Shown here: positions 52,686-64,000 of the stretch, in pieces | How positions within the stretch are numbered: position 1 is the first letter of the stretch | How the letters are laid out: the number at the start of each line of letters is the position of its first letter | From: Eledone cirrhosa | Taxonomy: Eukaryota | NCBI GenBank assembly: GCA_964016885.1 | Contig: OZ024747.1 | Span: 85,560,001 to 85,624,000 of the forward strand | Length of the DNA: 64,000 nucleotides | Direction of reading: 5' to 3' | Notes under the pieces: model-generated | The model's database searches: none | What the model saw: only the letters and a program-made list of their open reading frames with translations | Told to the model about the DNA's origin: nothing | Program-made: the position numbers and the translations under genes

Positions 52686-52756
<71 letters not shown>

Positions 52757-53442
52757 CATACATACATACATACATACATACATACATACATACATACATA
52801 CATACATTCATACATATATATACACACACAAACACCAGCCCAGTGCTGTATTACAACTTAGGTTCATGACGTAATGTTAAGATTCAACCAATCAGTGTGC
52901 TTCATTTCTAAATGACTTCTGCTAAATGGTGTTATCATATTTGTCATCCATGTTGTGGTTGTTACTGTTGTTGTTATTGTTGTTGTTGTCGTTACTGTTG
53001 TTATTAATGTTACTCTCGTTACTGTGTTATTGTTGTTGTTGTTGTTGTTGTTGGTTTGAGTATTATGGTTGTCGTCACTGATGTTGATATTGTTGTTGGT
53101 ATGGTTGTTGCTACTGTTGTTGGTTATTTTCGTTGTTGTTATTGTTGTTGTTGTTACTACTGTTGCTGCTACTATCGTTGTTGTTGTTGCTGTTATCATT
53201 GTTGTTACTGTTGTTTTGTTGTTGTTGTTGTTGTGTTTCTGTTGCTGTTACTGATGTTGCTGCTGGTGTTGTTGTTACTGTTGTTTGTTGTTGTTGTTGT
53301 CATTACTATTGTTGTTGTGACTGTTGTTGTTGTCGGTGTTACTGTTGTTGTTGTTGGTGTTGTTGTTACTATTATTGCTACTGTCGTTACTATTATCGTT
53401 GTTGCTGTAGTTATTATTGTTGTTACTGTTCATTTCTTGTAG

Positions 53443-53481
<39 letters not shown>

Positions 53482-53708
53482 CTGTTGCTGTTACTGGTGT
53501 TGCTGCTGGTGTTGTTGTTACTGTTGTTGTTGTTACTATTGCTGTTATTATTGTTGTTAATGTTGCTTTACAAATATATGACATCATTATAATGAAATTA
53601 TATATACCGGTACTATTAAGTGGTGGTGATGGTGAGAGTGGTGGTATTGGTTGTAGTGTTGGTAGTGCAAATAAGTATTGTGATGTGATATCCGAGCAAG
53701 AGAGAGGG

Positions 53709-53791
<83 letters not shown>

Positions 53792-53846
53792 TGTGTATGT
53801 GAGAGAGAAAGTATGTGTGTGTATGAGAGAAAGAGAAAGAGAGTGA

Positions 53847-53912
<66 letters not shown>

Positions 53913-54064
53913 GAGAGTGTGTGTGTGTGTGTGTGTGAGAGAGAGACAAAATGTGTGTATGTGTGTGTGAAATAGAAAGAGAGTGAAGGAGACAGCGAAA
54001 AGGGGGAGAGTGAGAGGGATGGTGATACTATAGAAGAGAAAGAGGGAGGCAGACAAATGTTAAA

Positions 54065-54165
<101 letters not shown>

Positions 54166-54412
54166 CTCACATGATTGAAGCTATATTAATTACATATGAA
54201 TATAATCGTTTGTTTTTTCTGCAATAATCACTCCTTATATTTGCCACAAGGGTTATTTTCCGGTAAAAATCTCTATAATAATAATTGTATTAGATATTTG
54301 TCCGTCTGTTACACGAACGTTACGCTCGCTTAAAAATGTTCTAACAATTTGTGCAGGTGGTATTTAGAATCTTTATTATAATTATTCTAAAATGTTCTCT
54401 CTGTTAACTGTG

Positions 54413-54487
<75 letters not shown>

Positions 54488-54532
54488 CTCACTCCCCCTC
54501 ACTCTCTCTCTCTCTCGCCCCCTCACTCTCTC

Positions 54533-54569
<37 letters not shown>

Positions 54570-54594
54570 TCATACACTTACATTTAAGTAGTTG

Positions 54595-55224
54595 GACAAA
54601 ACCCAAAGTAGTCCATAAGTATCCATATTTTGGAAGTACAATTAACCAGTATTGCCATTTAGAGGATGAAATAGCCTCCAGTATTTAAAAAAAGCGACCG
54701 ATATTTTCGCAAGTCTTAGGGTACGTCTTTGGAAGCAGAAAATAAACAAAAATTGAAATATACAAATCATGTGTTCTGTTTGTCCTCTTGCGAGACTTAG
54801 GTACATCAAACTCCTCGAACGATTTTACCAACTTTGCCCCCGTGACATTCTTGGTGTTCACTGAATTAAACACACAGCAGACAGAAATATTACAAAATGT
54901 TTTTGCAGTCGGCATTGAAGCTCACATTGAAAAGCAGCGGTTCCGATGGTTAGGCCACGTTGTTCGATATGATGACAGCGGAATCCCAAAGGAGAGTTAA
55001 TATCTGGTGCAAGACAACAACACAAACCAAAGCTGAGTAAAAGATTCATTAATGCAGTGCAAAATTGATCTCAGTGGGAGATCTTGGCATTGGATAGAAA
55101 CAAGTAAATCTGTGTAAGTCTTTTACAAGAATCTGCTGCAGATAAGCGGCCAGCATGTGGAGACCTCTGTATCTCAGTTTGTAGACAATGTATGTGGCTG
55201 AATATGCCTGCCAAATGCTGTCTA
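54595..55224 (+). mobile_element. RTE LINE reverse-transcriptase C-terminal remnant, interrupted by a mariner
   Basis: VVHKYPYFGSTI..LEDEIASSI, KIEIYKSCVL, IEAHIEKQRFRWLGHVVRYDDSGIPK, WEILALDR; a zinc-finger-like remainder follows at ~56311-56440. Confidence 0.85.
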
Positions 55225-55226
55225 TA

Positions 55227-56310
55227 CAAGGGTGAGCTAAAAAAAAATCATTGGAGTGATATTAGCTGTGAAATCTTTCATGTAGTAATTTCAAGTCTTA
55301 TTATTAATAACTATATTGTTTTCTTTCAGGTAAATTGACATCTAATTGTTCAAAGAAAACTTTAAAAGTAACTAGTAGCGACTGGACATCCTGCAACTGT
55401 TACCACCGAGGAAAACATTGATCGTGTTCACCACATGGTGATGGATGACAGGTGATTGGCTATAAATCAAATTGCCAATACTATTAACATATCCCTTGAG
55501 AGAGTTGAGAATATTTTGCGCAATGAACTTGGCATGACGAAGGTTTCTGCTCCGTAGGTACCACGTCTTCTGACACCTGATTAAAAGCACACCAGGCTGA
55601 TCACATCACGGGAAAATCTGACATTGTTTGAAGCAGATCCAGCTGGTTTCTATGAACATTTCCTAACTCAGGATGAGTGTTGTGTTCATCACTTTGAGCC
55701 AGATACAAAGAGACAATTCATCCAGTGGTAACACCCCTCCTCACCTGCTTCAAAGACGACCAAAGTCGTTTCATCTGCAGGGAAGGTGCTGGCCTCAGTT
55801 TTGCCGGATTCAAAAGGCATTATGTTTATTGACTCTTCAAAAGAGCCACACGATCATTGGAGAGTTCTATACCAACTTGCTGAGGCAGTTGCGATAGACT
55901 ATCAAGACCAAACGGTCAGGAAAAGTTACGAAAGAGGTCTTGATCTAACAGGACAATATTCTAGCACTCAAGTCCTTGGTTTCAATGGCTACTGTGCATG
56001 GCTGTGGCTTTGAACTAGTTGATCACCCTTCCTATTCTCCTGATTTAACTCTATCTGACTATCATCTGTTCCCCAGCATGAAAAAACACTTGGCTGAGAA
56101 TCAACTATCACAGTGATGATACGTCATATCTGCTGTTGATGACTTTTTTACTAACAGGATGAAAGCTTCTTCACCAATGGGATCCAAGCAGATGGAAGAA
56201 GTATGGAAGAAGTAGGTAGACAGCAAGGAGGATTATGTTGAAAAATCAATCTCATTTGGTCACGCTTCTTGAAAGTATCTTGGTCAGCCTATAAACCTTT
56301 CAAGCCATAT
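55227..56310 (+). mobile_element. Mariner transposon remnant
   Basis: EENIDRVHHMVMDDR..ELGMTKVSAP*VPRLLT..FLTQDECCVHHFEPDTKRQ..SAGKVLASV..HPSYSPDLTLSDYHLFPSMKKHL; degenerate TIR-like ends. Confidence 0.9.
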
Positions 56311-56480
56311 AAGTACACATGCAGAAATGCCAAATATTGAACATGACCAAATCCGTGCAGTACATCTGAAATATGATACATGTGGCAGAACTTTAAAAAG
56401 CGGCCGGACTTACAATGTACTCGAAACTCCACAAACCTAGTCCGAATCAGATGGAACAACCAAATGATGGGATGCGTAAA

Positions 56481-56670
56481 TAATAATTGTTTCTACTTTT
56501 GGCACAAGGCCAGCAATTACCCTGTACATTACTGGTACTTTATTTTATCAACCCCGTAAGGATGAAAGGCAAAGTTAACCTCGGCGGGTTTTGAACTCAG
56601 TCCGTAAAGGGACATAACTCTATGCCGGAAAGCATGGCGTCCGACTCTCTACCGATACTGCCAATCCACC
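56481..56670 (-). mobile_element. SINE-A
   Basis: Matches the other SINE-A copies. Confidence 0.9.
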
Positions 56671-56683
56671 AATAATGAATTTC

Positions 56684-56802
56684 ATTTACGGCCATATCAC
56701 GCTGAAAACATCGGTTCTCGTCTGATTGCCAAAGTTAAGCAACGTCGAGCCTAGTTAGTACTTAGATGCGCGACCGCTTGGGAAACCTAGGTGCTGTAAG
56801 CA
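56684..56802 (+). rRNA. 5S rRNA-derived sequence (probable pseudogene/retrocopy)
   Basis: 119 nt: TTACGGCCATATCACGCTGAAAAC..AAGTTAAGCA..GTTAGTACTTAGATG..GACCGCTTGGGAA..GTGCTGTAAGC; several substitutions, solitary copy, no clean T4 terminator at the 3' end. Confidence 0.88.
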
Positions 56803-56940
56803 TTTCCTTTTACAAGGACGGTGCCCCAGCATGGCCTCAGCCGGATGGCTGGAACAGGTAAAAGAGTAAAAGAGTAATATATGCAAGCTATGAAAGCCAC
56901 TGCAAGAGTTACAACCACGGATAGAAACTTATTATTAGTT

Positions 56941-57139
56941 AGGGTGTTGGATTGACAGTATCGGTAGAGCGTCGGACACCCTGGTTCGCGGCAGAGAGTT
57001 ACGTCATTTTACGCTCTGAGTTCAAATCCCGCCGTGGTTAGCTTTGCCTTTCATCCTTACGGGGTCGATAAAATAAAGTAAATACTGGGGTCGATTTAAT
57101 CAATTTTCTGGCCTTGTGCCTAAAGTAGAAACAATTATT
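56941..57139 (+). mobile_element. SINE-A
   Basis: Matches the other SINE-A copies. Confidence 0.9.
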
Positions 57140-57375
57140 TGTTTTCTCATCTATTAAATCGAAGTAAATGAAAGGGTTAGTCTAACCACACCACTGTCTC
57201 ACTCGGAATCACCCTGAGAATTACAGTAAGGGTACACGCGTAAGTGGAATACTCAGCTACAAGCCGTTCTGTTGATCGAAAAACTGGAACGCTCATCATT
57301 AAACCCGACGGAGATCCGTTTCATTCTATTCTCCAGGAATCAACAATAAATTATTGCTAAACGTTCAACAATTAT

Positions 57376-57558
57376 TTGGCAGTATCGGTAGAAGGTCGGA
57401 CGCCATGCTTTGCAGCATAGAGTTATGGCCCTTGCCATTCTGAGTTCAAATTCCGCCGAAGTCAACTTTGCCTTTCATCCTTACGGGGTCGATAAAATAA
57501 AGTACCAGTAATGTACTGAGTGATTGCTGGCTTTGTGTCAAAAGTAGAAACAATTATT
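57376..57558 (+). mobile_element. SINE-A
   Basis: Matches the other SINE-A copies. Confidence 0.9.
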
Positions 57559-58138
57559 CAGCTCATAATGATTGTAAGGGAAATAACTCTATTATTGTAA
57601 AAGAAAAACACACAAGGGAAATAACTCCAGTCAAATTTATAATCAGATTAAAAAAGAAAGTATGAACGCGTCCTCCTCCTCCCCTTTATCATCGCCTTCA
57701 ATAAACAAACTGTTTATCACAGCCTCAGGCTGACCTAAGACGTTTAAGTGAAACTGCGTAGACTGAAGCATTTGGAAAGCTCGTCGGATGGACTATACCT
57801 GTAATTAACTATGTTGACCAAATTATCTACTTCGACTGCTAGCACATTTCTTACCAAACACACACACACATAAATAAAATTAACTCGAATATCGAGATTG
57901 AGATACGAGTGTATTAGAATTCGTAGAAAAATGGGAAAACTCGGTGTAAAGAAGCTGTTAAAACAGAAAAATGCCGTCAAAGCGGTGTTGGGTAAAATAT
58001 TACCTCAAAAAATAGAAGTGAGATGGCTCGGAGAATTGATAGGAAGAAAGGAGAAAGGAATAAAATGGACAAGAGGAGGACACAAATATATATATATATT
58101 GAAATATAAATAGAAGTGTCGTGATAACATTGACTCCA

Positions 58139-58528
58139 TAATTGTTTCTACTTTTGGCACAACCCAGCAATTATCCCAGTGCATTACTGGTACTTTATTT
58201 TATCGACCCCGTAAGGATGAAAGGCAAAGTTAACTTCGGCGGAATTTGAACTCAGAATGGCAAGGGCCATAACTCTATGCTACAAACCATTTTGTCGGAC
58301 ACTCTACCGATACTGCCAATCCACCACCCTTTTCTACATAATTGTTTCTACTATTGGCACAAGGCCAGCAATTATCCCAGTGCATTACTGGTACTTTATT
58401 TTATCGACCCCCGTAAGGATGAAAGGCAAAGTTAACATCGGCGGGATTTGAACTCAGAATGGCAAGGACCATAACTCTATGAGTCAAAGCATGGTGACTG
58501 AGCCTCTACCAATACTGCCAATCCACCG
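58139..58528 (-). mobile_element. Two tandem SINE-A copies
   Basis: 58139-58329 and 58338-58528. Confidence 0.9.
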
Positions 58529-61500
58529 AGTGCACATAAACCCGCCACTTTCCAAACATATTTCCTTTGTTTACTAAGTGCACCAGAGTATTATTTTTTA
58601 ATTGTAAATATTATTGAAAAAATTGCAGCATATCATTAAAAGATTATAGAATTTGTATTACTACAATAGAAAATATAGTAGTATGAGAGATACACAGCCT
58701 GTTTTTGACAGGTTCTAGTACAGGTTCATGGCCTAGTAGGTGGGTTGATGGACTTACCATTATGAGGTCGTGTGTTCGATTCCCAGACTGGGTGATGTAC
58801 TGTGTCTGGCATCTCATTTCATATTCCTCCAGTTCACTCAACTGAAAATAAATACCAGCGAAGAAAGTGGGGTAGGGGCGGTTTGGGGTCTTGTAACTTT
58901 GGTCACTTAACATTTATGAAACCACAATAAAATCCGACCTCCATCCAACTCGTGCGAATCATGGAAACACGGGCGTAAAACAGAAACTCTAACTCTGCTC
59001 TCTAATGTAGCTTGATCATGATGTCATTAAGCATACCTAATTTATGATTAGCCTCGCCATCACCCAAGGCAATGCTGTGAGTGTGGTGGCTTGCCTAAAA
59101 AATCATTAGAGAGGTTGCCCGGTACTCCTCGCGACGTTGCTGTCTTTTGCTCTGGTGTTGGCTCAGTTGTTCACCGCTTCCTTTACATTTTCTTTAATAT
59201 TGCAATATTAAAGGAATATATCCTTCTGAAAGAATCGCGAGCAATTTATAATGTTATCTAAGCATTTGTAATGTTATTTATGTATATATTTAAAACATAT
59301 TTATTGTTATTCTACTGTAAATTTATTTATAGGCTTTGTATAATAAATGTGAAGAATTTGTGATTAAAGACAGCTTAAGTAATTAATGCGGAGATTCTAA
59401 ACAGCCATTAATATATAAGATAATTAAAGCACTTCATTAAGATCAGAGTTTGTTGGTTTATCTGGTTTGACTAATTTAGTAGAGATGATAGTCTCTACTA
59501 TATTTTTAATGAAATAACTTTCTTTTGTGAATGAATGCAAATAATTAGTTTTAAATCATTTGCATTCAATAATTATCTCATTTCCCCGGTAGTCAAAGTG
59601 ATGGTTCGTTTAAGATCTCCATCATCATCACCATTTTAAATTCACTTTCCATTCTGGCATGGGTTGGACAGAATGTTAAGGACTGAGATGAAGCAGGTCA
59701 GAGCAACCTTACCATGCTTATACATTCCATATTTGGCATGGTTTCTATGGCCAGCCACCTTACAGTGTAACGTGGGCGTTTTTGATGGTACCAGTTCTAC
59801 TACTTTACTAACTGGACCAAGTACATTTTATCATAGCACCAGCACTAGAGAGGTTGTCACATACTTGGTCAGACAAAAGATTCCTCTGACTTTATATTGA
59901 CTCAGTTTCACTGCCAAACACTGTAGACTCCCATCTCTCAACACTTTTACTCTTAATGTTGCAGTGCATTTAAAATACTTTCAATAATAAGAAATTCAAC
60001 AAGAAAACATTAATTTAATAGTAATGCTGTATTTTATTTATCTTGTTAAAAATGCAGAGTAGTCTAAAGGGAGACAAGTACGAACGTTTTAGAGGAAGTG
60101 AAGGAGGGTTATCACATGGGTTATCAACTGATTGTATATCTATGACCCTTAACACCTCCAACCCTTAATATTTACTTATAAAAGGCCCAGCTAAGGGAGT
60201 TTCTAGACTCACCCTTAATCTGTTAGAAATAGCAGTTAAATCAATTTAAAATAAATTCCTACTGCCTAAAGTAAAGGAAGGCTACACTAGATAATGTGGT
60301 TCTAGATGCACCATGTCTGAACACAGTAAGATGGGATGGTAAAATTCTAAGCCCTCTGGGTATATATCATCATCATCGTTTAACGTCCATTTTCCACACT
60401 AGTATGAGTTAGACAGGTCGTCCCATTTGCGGTAAGTTGAGTCAGTATTTCAATAAAACATATGGTAACGAAAGGGTAAAAAAACATCAACTTAGCAAAC
60501 TAAGGCATATTTTCTTTAAGCTACACTCAGGAAAAGAATTAAATTTAGTACTGTAAAAAGACAAAAATAAACAATTAATTAAGTTTCTTGTGAGCTGGGG
60601 CAGAGGGTAAAAAATGTTTAGCCCAGAGCCCTTAGTTGCTTTAACCTGCCCATTCTTTGGTGTCTCCTGTTTTATAGGTTGGCATGGATCTATGCTAGGA
60701 ATCTCAGCATTGCCTGAAATTGTCTCTGGTACTCTGTAGGTGTTAGCGAACTCTAATTTTTCAAGAATATCTACCTGTACCTTTGTTGTACTAAACAGGT
60801 ATTAGTAGCAAGTCACCAGTCCTCAATTGGTATCCCTCTTTCTGTCCGATACTAAATAAGCCTTAGTAGAGGGCCATCAGTCCTCAATCGATACCTCTAC
60901 TTCTCTCTCTGGTACTAAATAGGTGTTAGTAGAAAGCCGTCAGTTCTAAATTGACATCTTCCTTTCTTCTCTCCCTGGTTCTGGAAAGTCAAGCAAATTA
61001 CAAACCATAGTTTGATTTAATCAACTTCAGTATGTAATCAATATGTTATTGATCTCATACTAATCAAAGACAAAATCAACCCTGGTGAAATTAGAACTCA
61101 GAATGCTGAAGCATAAAACTAAATACTGTATTGTATTTATTTTACTGCTTCAACACACAAAAGAGCTGAGTGCTATACAATGGTTGTCACTGGCAATCAA
61201 AGTATAGCATGTATTATATTCTTGGCTGTTTTAACCCATGAATTCACGAGGAAAGATAGATAGCCTTTTCGTTCTCCCTCGAACCAGCATAACAGCTGAA
61301 AGGGGAGAGGACTTCACACCCTGCAATCACAAGCAGACATCTCAGCCCTCCCTTGATCCATTGGAATATTCAGGATATGACAACTGTATTAACCTCAAAA
61401 GGATGAAAGGCAAAGCTGACTTCAGTAGAATTTGAACTCAAAGAACAAATATCCATTTCTGCCAAATTGCTTACATAACATACTATATCTTAGTACTGGT

Positions 61501-63012
61501 ATTTATTTTATAAATCCCAGAAAGCTATGGTAAATGACACTTGCCCAAGATACCATACAGCAGTATCAAAACCAGATCATTATGATTGAGAAGAGGGCTT
61601 CTTAACCATTCAGCCATGCTGCATCCACATACAGTGAGTCAACCGTGAGGCCTTTCAGCAAACAGTCTGGAACTGGCTGTCGAAACAGCAAGAGCTCAGC
61701 CATCGGGTCCCAACTCTTTATAATAAATATATATATGCATGCAATAATATTCATATGGGTAATAAATGACCACCACACACATGGGATACTATAAATTCCT
61801 GTACGTAATTTGCAGACATCTGAAAAATTTCCTTAAAAGAGCACCATGACATTTACTAGACAGGGTGCTCTCTTAAGAAACCAATGTAAAAGGGAGATAA
61901 CAACAACAACAACATTTCAAAACCTTAGTAGATTAGTCCTTAATATTTGGGGATATAATCCCTTTGTCAAAAAAGTTGGGGAAACAGTCAGACCAGGATA
62001 CCTTGTGTTGTTCTTAAGCTAGCATAAGAACAATACAAGCTAACATTTCAACAACTTTGTAATCATTATTTTTAACATTTAACGTCCTTGTTGCATTGCT
62101 ATAGCCCTCTTAGAAAACAGTTCTTTTACACTTTCCACAATGCTTCTCATCTCAGTAAGTTGTTTAATGTATAAATATTAAACAGAGTTATGTCTGTTGA
62201 TGAGAGGCAGTCATGTCAACTGAGGTCTGACACTCCTCTACTAACACCAATTCAGTAAGGTTAGCAGCTTATGTTGACCCATTCATATATGTATGTAAAA
62301 TACATTTAAAACATTAACTGAGTGAGTACTCAATACTAGTTGGTAGAGTGTAGAAATTTACACTAAGTAGAAAGTGGCAATAACTTCAAAGTTTAAGTTG
62401 AAGTTACTCCCACTTTTCTACTTAGAATGAATAATATATATATATCTTTGTTTATTTAGATAGATATTCAGCCATATGATTAGTGTGTATGTGCAGTCAT
62501 GTATATCTCTGAGGGAAGTTGAGGGCTCTGTAAGCCACAGGGATCGTAGCCTGTCTAGGAGAGCAGTAACTGACTAAATAGAACTGCATGGGGTAGGCGT
62601 AGACTCAGTAAGCTAGAGTGAAGGCAATCTGTCTAGGAGAGTAGTAACTCTAAATAAATAAGACTGCACAAGGTAGACAACAGCTCTGTAAGCCATAGCA
62701 AAGACAATCAATAAATGAGAGCAGTCATTATGATCATTTTGTTTTCCCTGCTAGCAAGGGTTGGATTGGTCATCACTTACCAAGTCAATACCTACGTGAT
62801 GCTACTAACACCAGATGGGCTGATACAAGGTAGAGGGGATTCTTAAGTCCTGTCAAATAACCTCAGTAGAACTGGTGGCATGATAAAAGCATCCAGTCTA
62901 TGCTGTAAAGTGGTTGGTGATAGGAAGACCATCTACAGTACAACTCATAAGATAATCACTAATGATTATATATATATATATATATATAATCATTAGTGAT
63001 TATCTTCCTATA

Positions 63013-63201
63013 GGGCGGTGAATTGGCAGTATCGGTAGAGGGTCGGACGCCATGCTTTGACGCATAGATTTACGGCCCTTGCCATTCTGAGTTCAAATCC
63101 CGCCGAGGTTAACTTTGCCTTTTATCCTTACGGGGTCGATAAAATAAAGTACCAGTAATCTACTGGGTAATTGCTGGCCTTGTGCCAAAAGTAGAAACAA
63201 T

Positions 63202-63203
<2 letters not shown>
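63013..63203 (+). mobile_element. SINE-A, full length
   Basis: Complete head, B box, central domain and tail running into (TA)n. Confidence 0.92.
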
Positions 63204-63234
<31 letters not shown>

Positions 63235-64000
63235 TATAGAGAGGAAAAACACAGGAGAGCGTGTTTTTACTATATATATATACACACACACACACAAACA
63301 TACTTATACATATATAAACATATCTATTTATACATAAACACATATGTTGGCAGGAGATAACATTTTATAGGATCTTTTAAATTTTATTTTGCTTCAAGAA
63401 TTAATTAACACTAAAATATATTTGAATATGAAGTTGATGATTGTAGGGTTATTGAGGTTTGGTGGCACAACACCATTTATCTATTTCTATGCTGCTGTCA
63501 CTTATTCATTTATACAAGGAATGTTTAAGTTATGACTGACCATGTGTTTGAACCTGAGAAGTTCCTCTTCAGGAAAGAAGCCCAGGCAATGTGTTTTATG
63601 GAAGACCAGCTGTTGCCAAAGCATATATGTCTACCTTCTCCATGGCACCAATGTTGTCCATGGGCAAGGCTAATACAGCTTGGCACAAGAGTCATTACAA
63701 CTTATATACACTAAATATGATGTCCTAAGGTCGACATCTTGGCACCAGTGACATAACTGATATAAACACTATAGAACAAGGAAAACTACCAAACTAGAAT
63801 AGAGTAAGTATTTTTCTGTTGTTAAAGGAGGGAGAGATGGGTGGGGTTTTTTCATATTATTCTTCAGAAATAAGATTGTATCATAATTATCATCACCAAC
63901 ATGAACATCATCGCCATCATCACCATCCTCATTTATTTAAACAAACTTTTAAGAACAATACAAATTAACATTAAAATATATTAAATATAAGTATATACAT

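Noticed and set aside
57640-57860. Minus-strand mini-intron (GTAAG..TACAG) and exon
   Set aside because: Frames close quickly and no homology is recognisable; cannot be supported without RNA data.
63532-63714. Cytochrome P450-like FEPEKFL motif
   Set aside because: No heme-binding FxxGxxxC motif follows; short ORF, likely chance.

Overview
Eukaryotic, AT-rich and extremely microsatellite-rich genomic DNA; the SINE sequences and repeat landscape look like an octopus (Octopus sp.) genome, which is an inference. Nearly all ORFs in the supplied track are microsatellite artefacts. One convincing protein-coding sequence is present: an uninterrupted minus-strand RING + beta-propeller (TRIM/NHL-like) E3 ligase ORF at 34072-35496. 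The rest is a mobile-element landscape: about 20 copies of one tRNA-derived SINE, a second CORE-like SINE, RTE LINE remnants ending in C2H2 zinc fingers, restriction-like-endonuclease (R4/Dong-type) LINE remnants in (CATA)n/(TAA)n tracts, two decayed mariners, hAT and Tc1 MITEs, a composite non-autonomous Helitron present twice plus a Helitron helicase fragment, and a 5S rRNA retrocopy. The most unusual signals are non-coding: (i) five copies of a short fold-back element whose palindrome is built from the 3' half of a hammerhead ribozyme, plus several more complete hammerhead motifs (Penelope-like context); (ii) a ~480-bp palindrome with two convergent tRNA-like Pol III cassettes bounded by a 17-bp direct repeat; (iii) a polarised ~63-bp hairpin-unit array. 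All coordinates were read by eye and may be off by a few bases.
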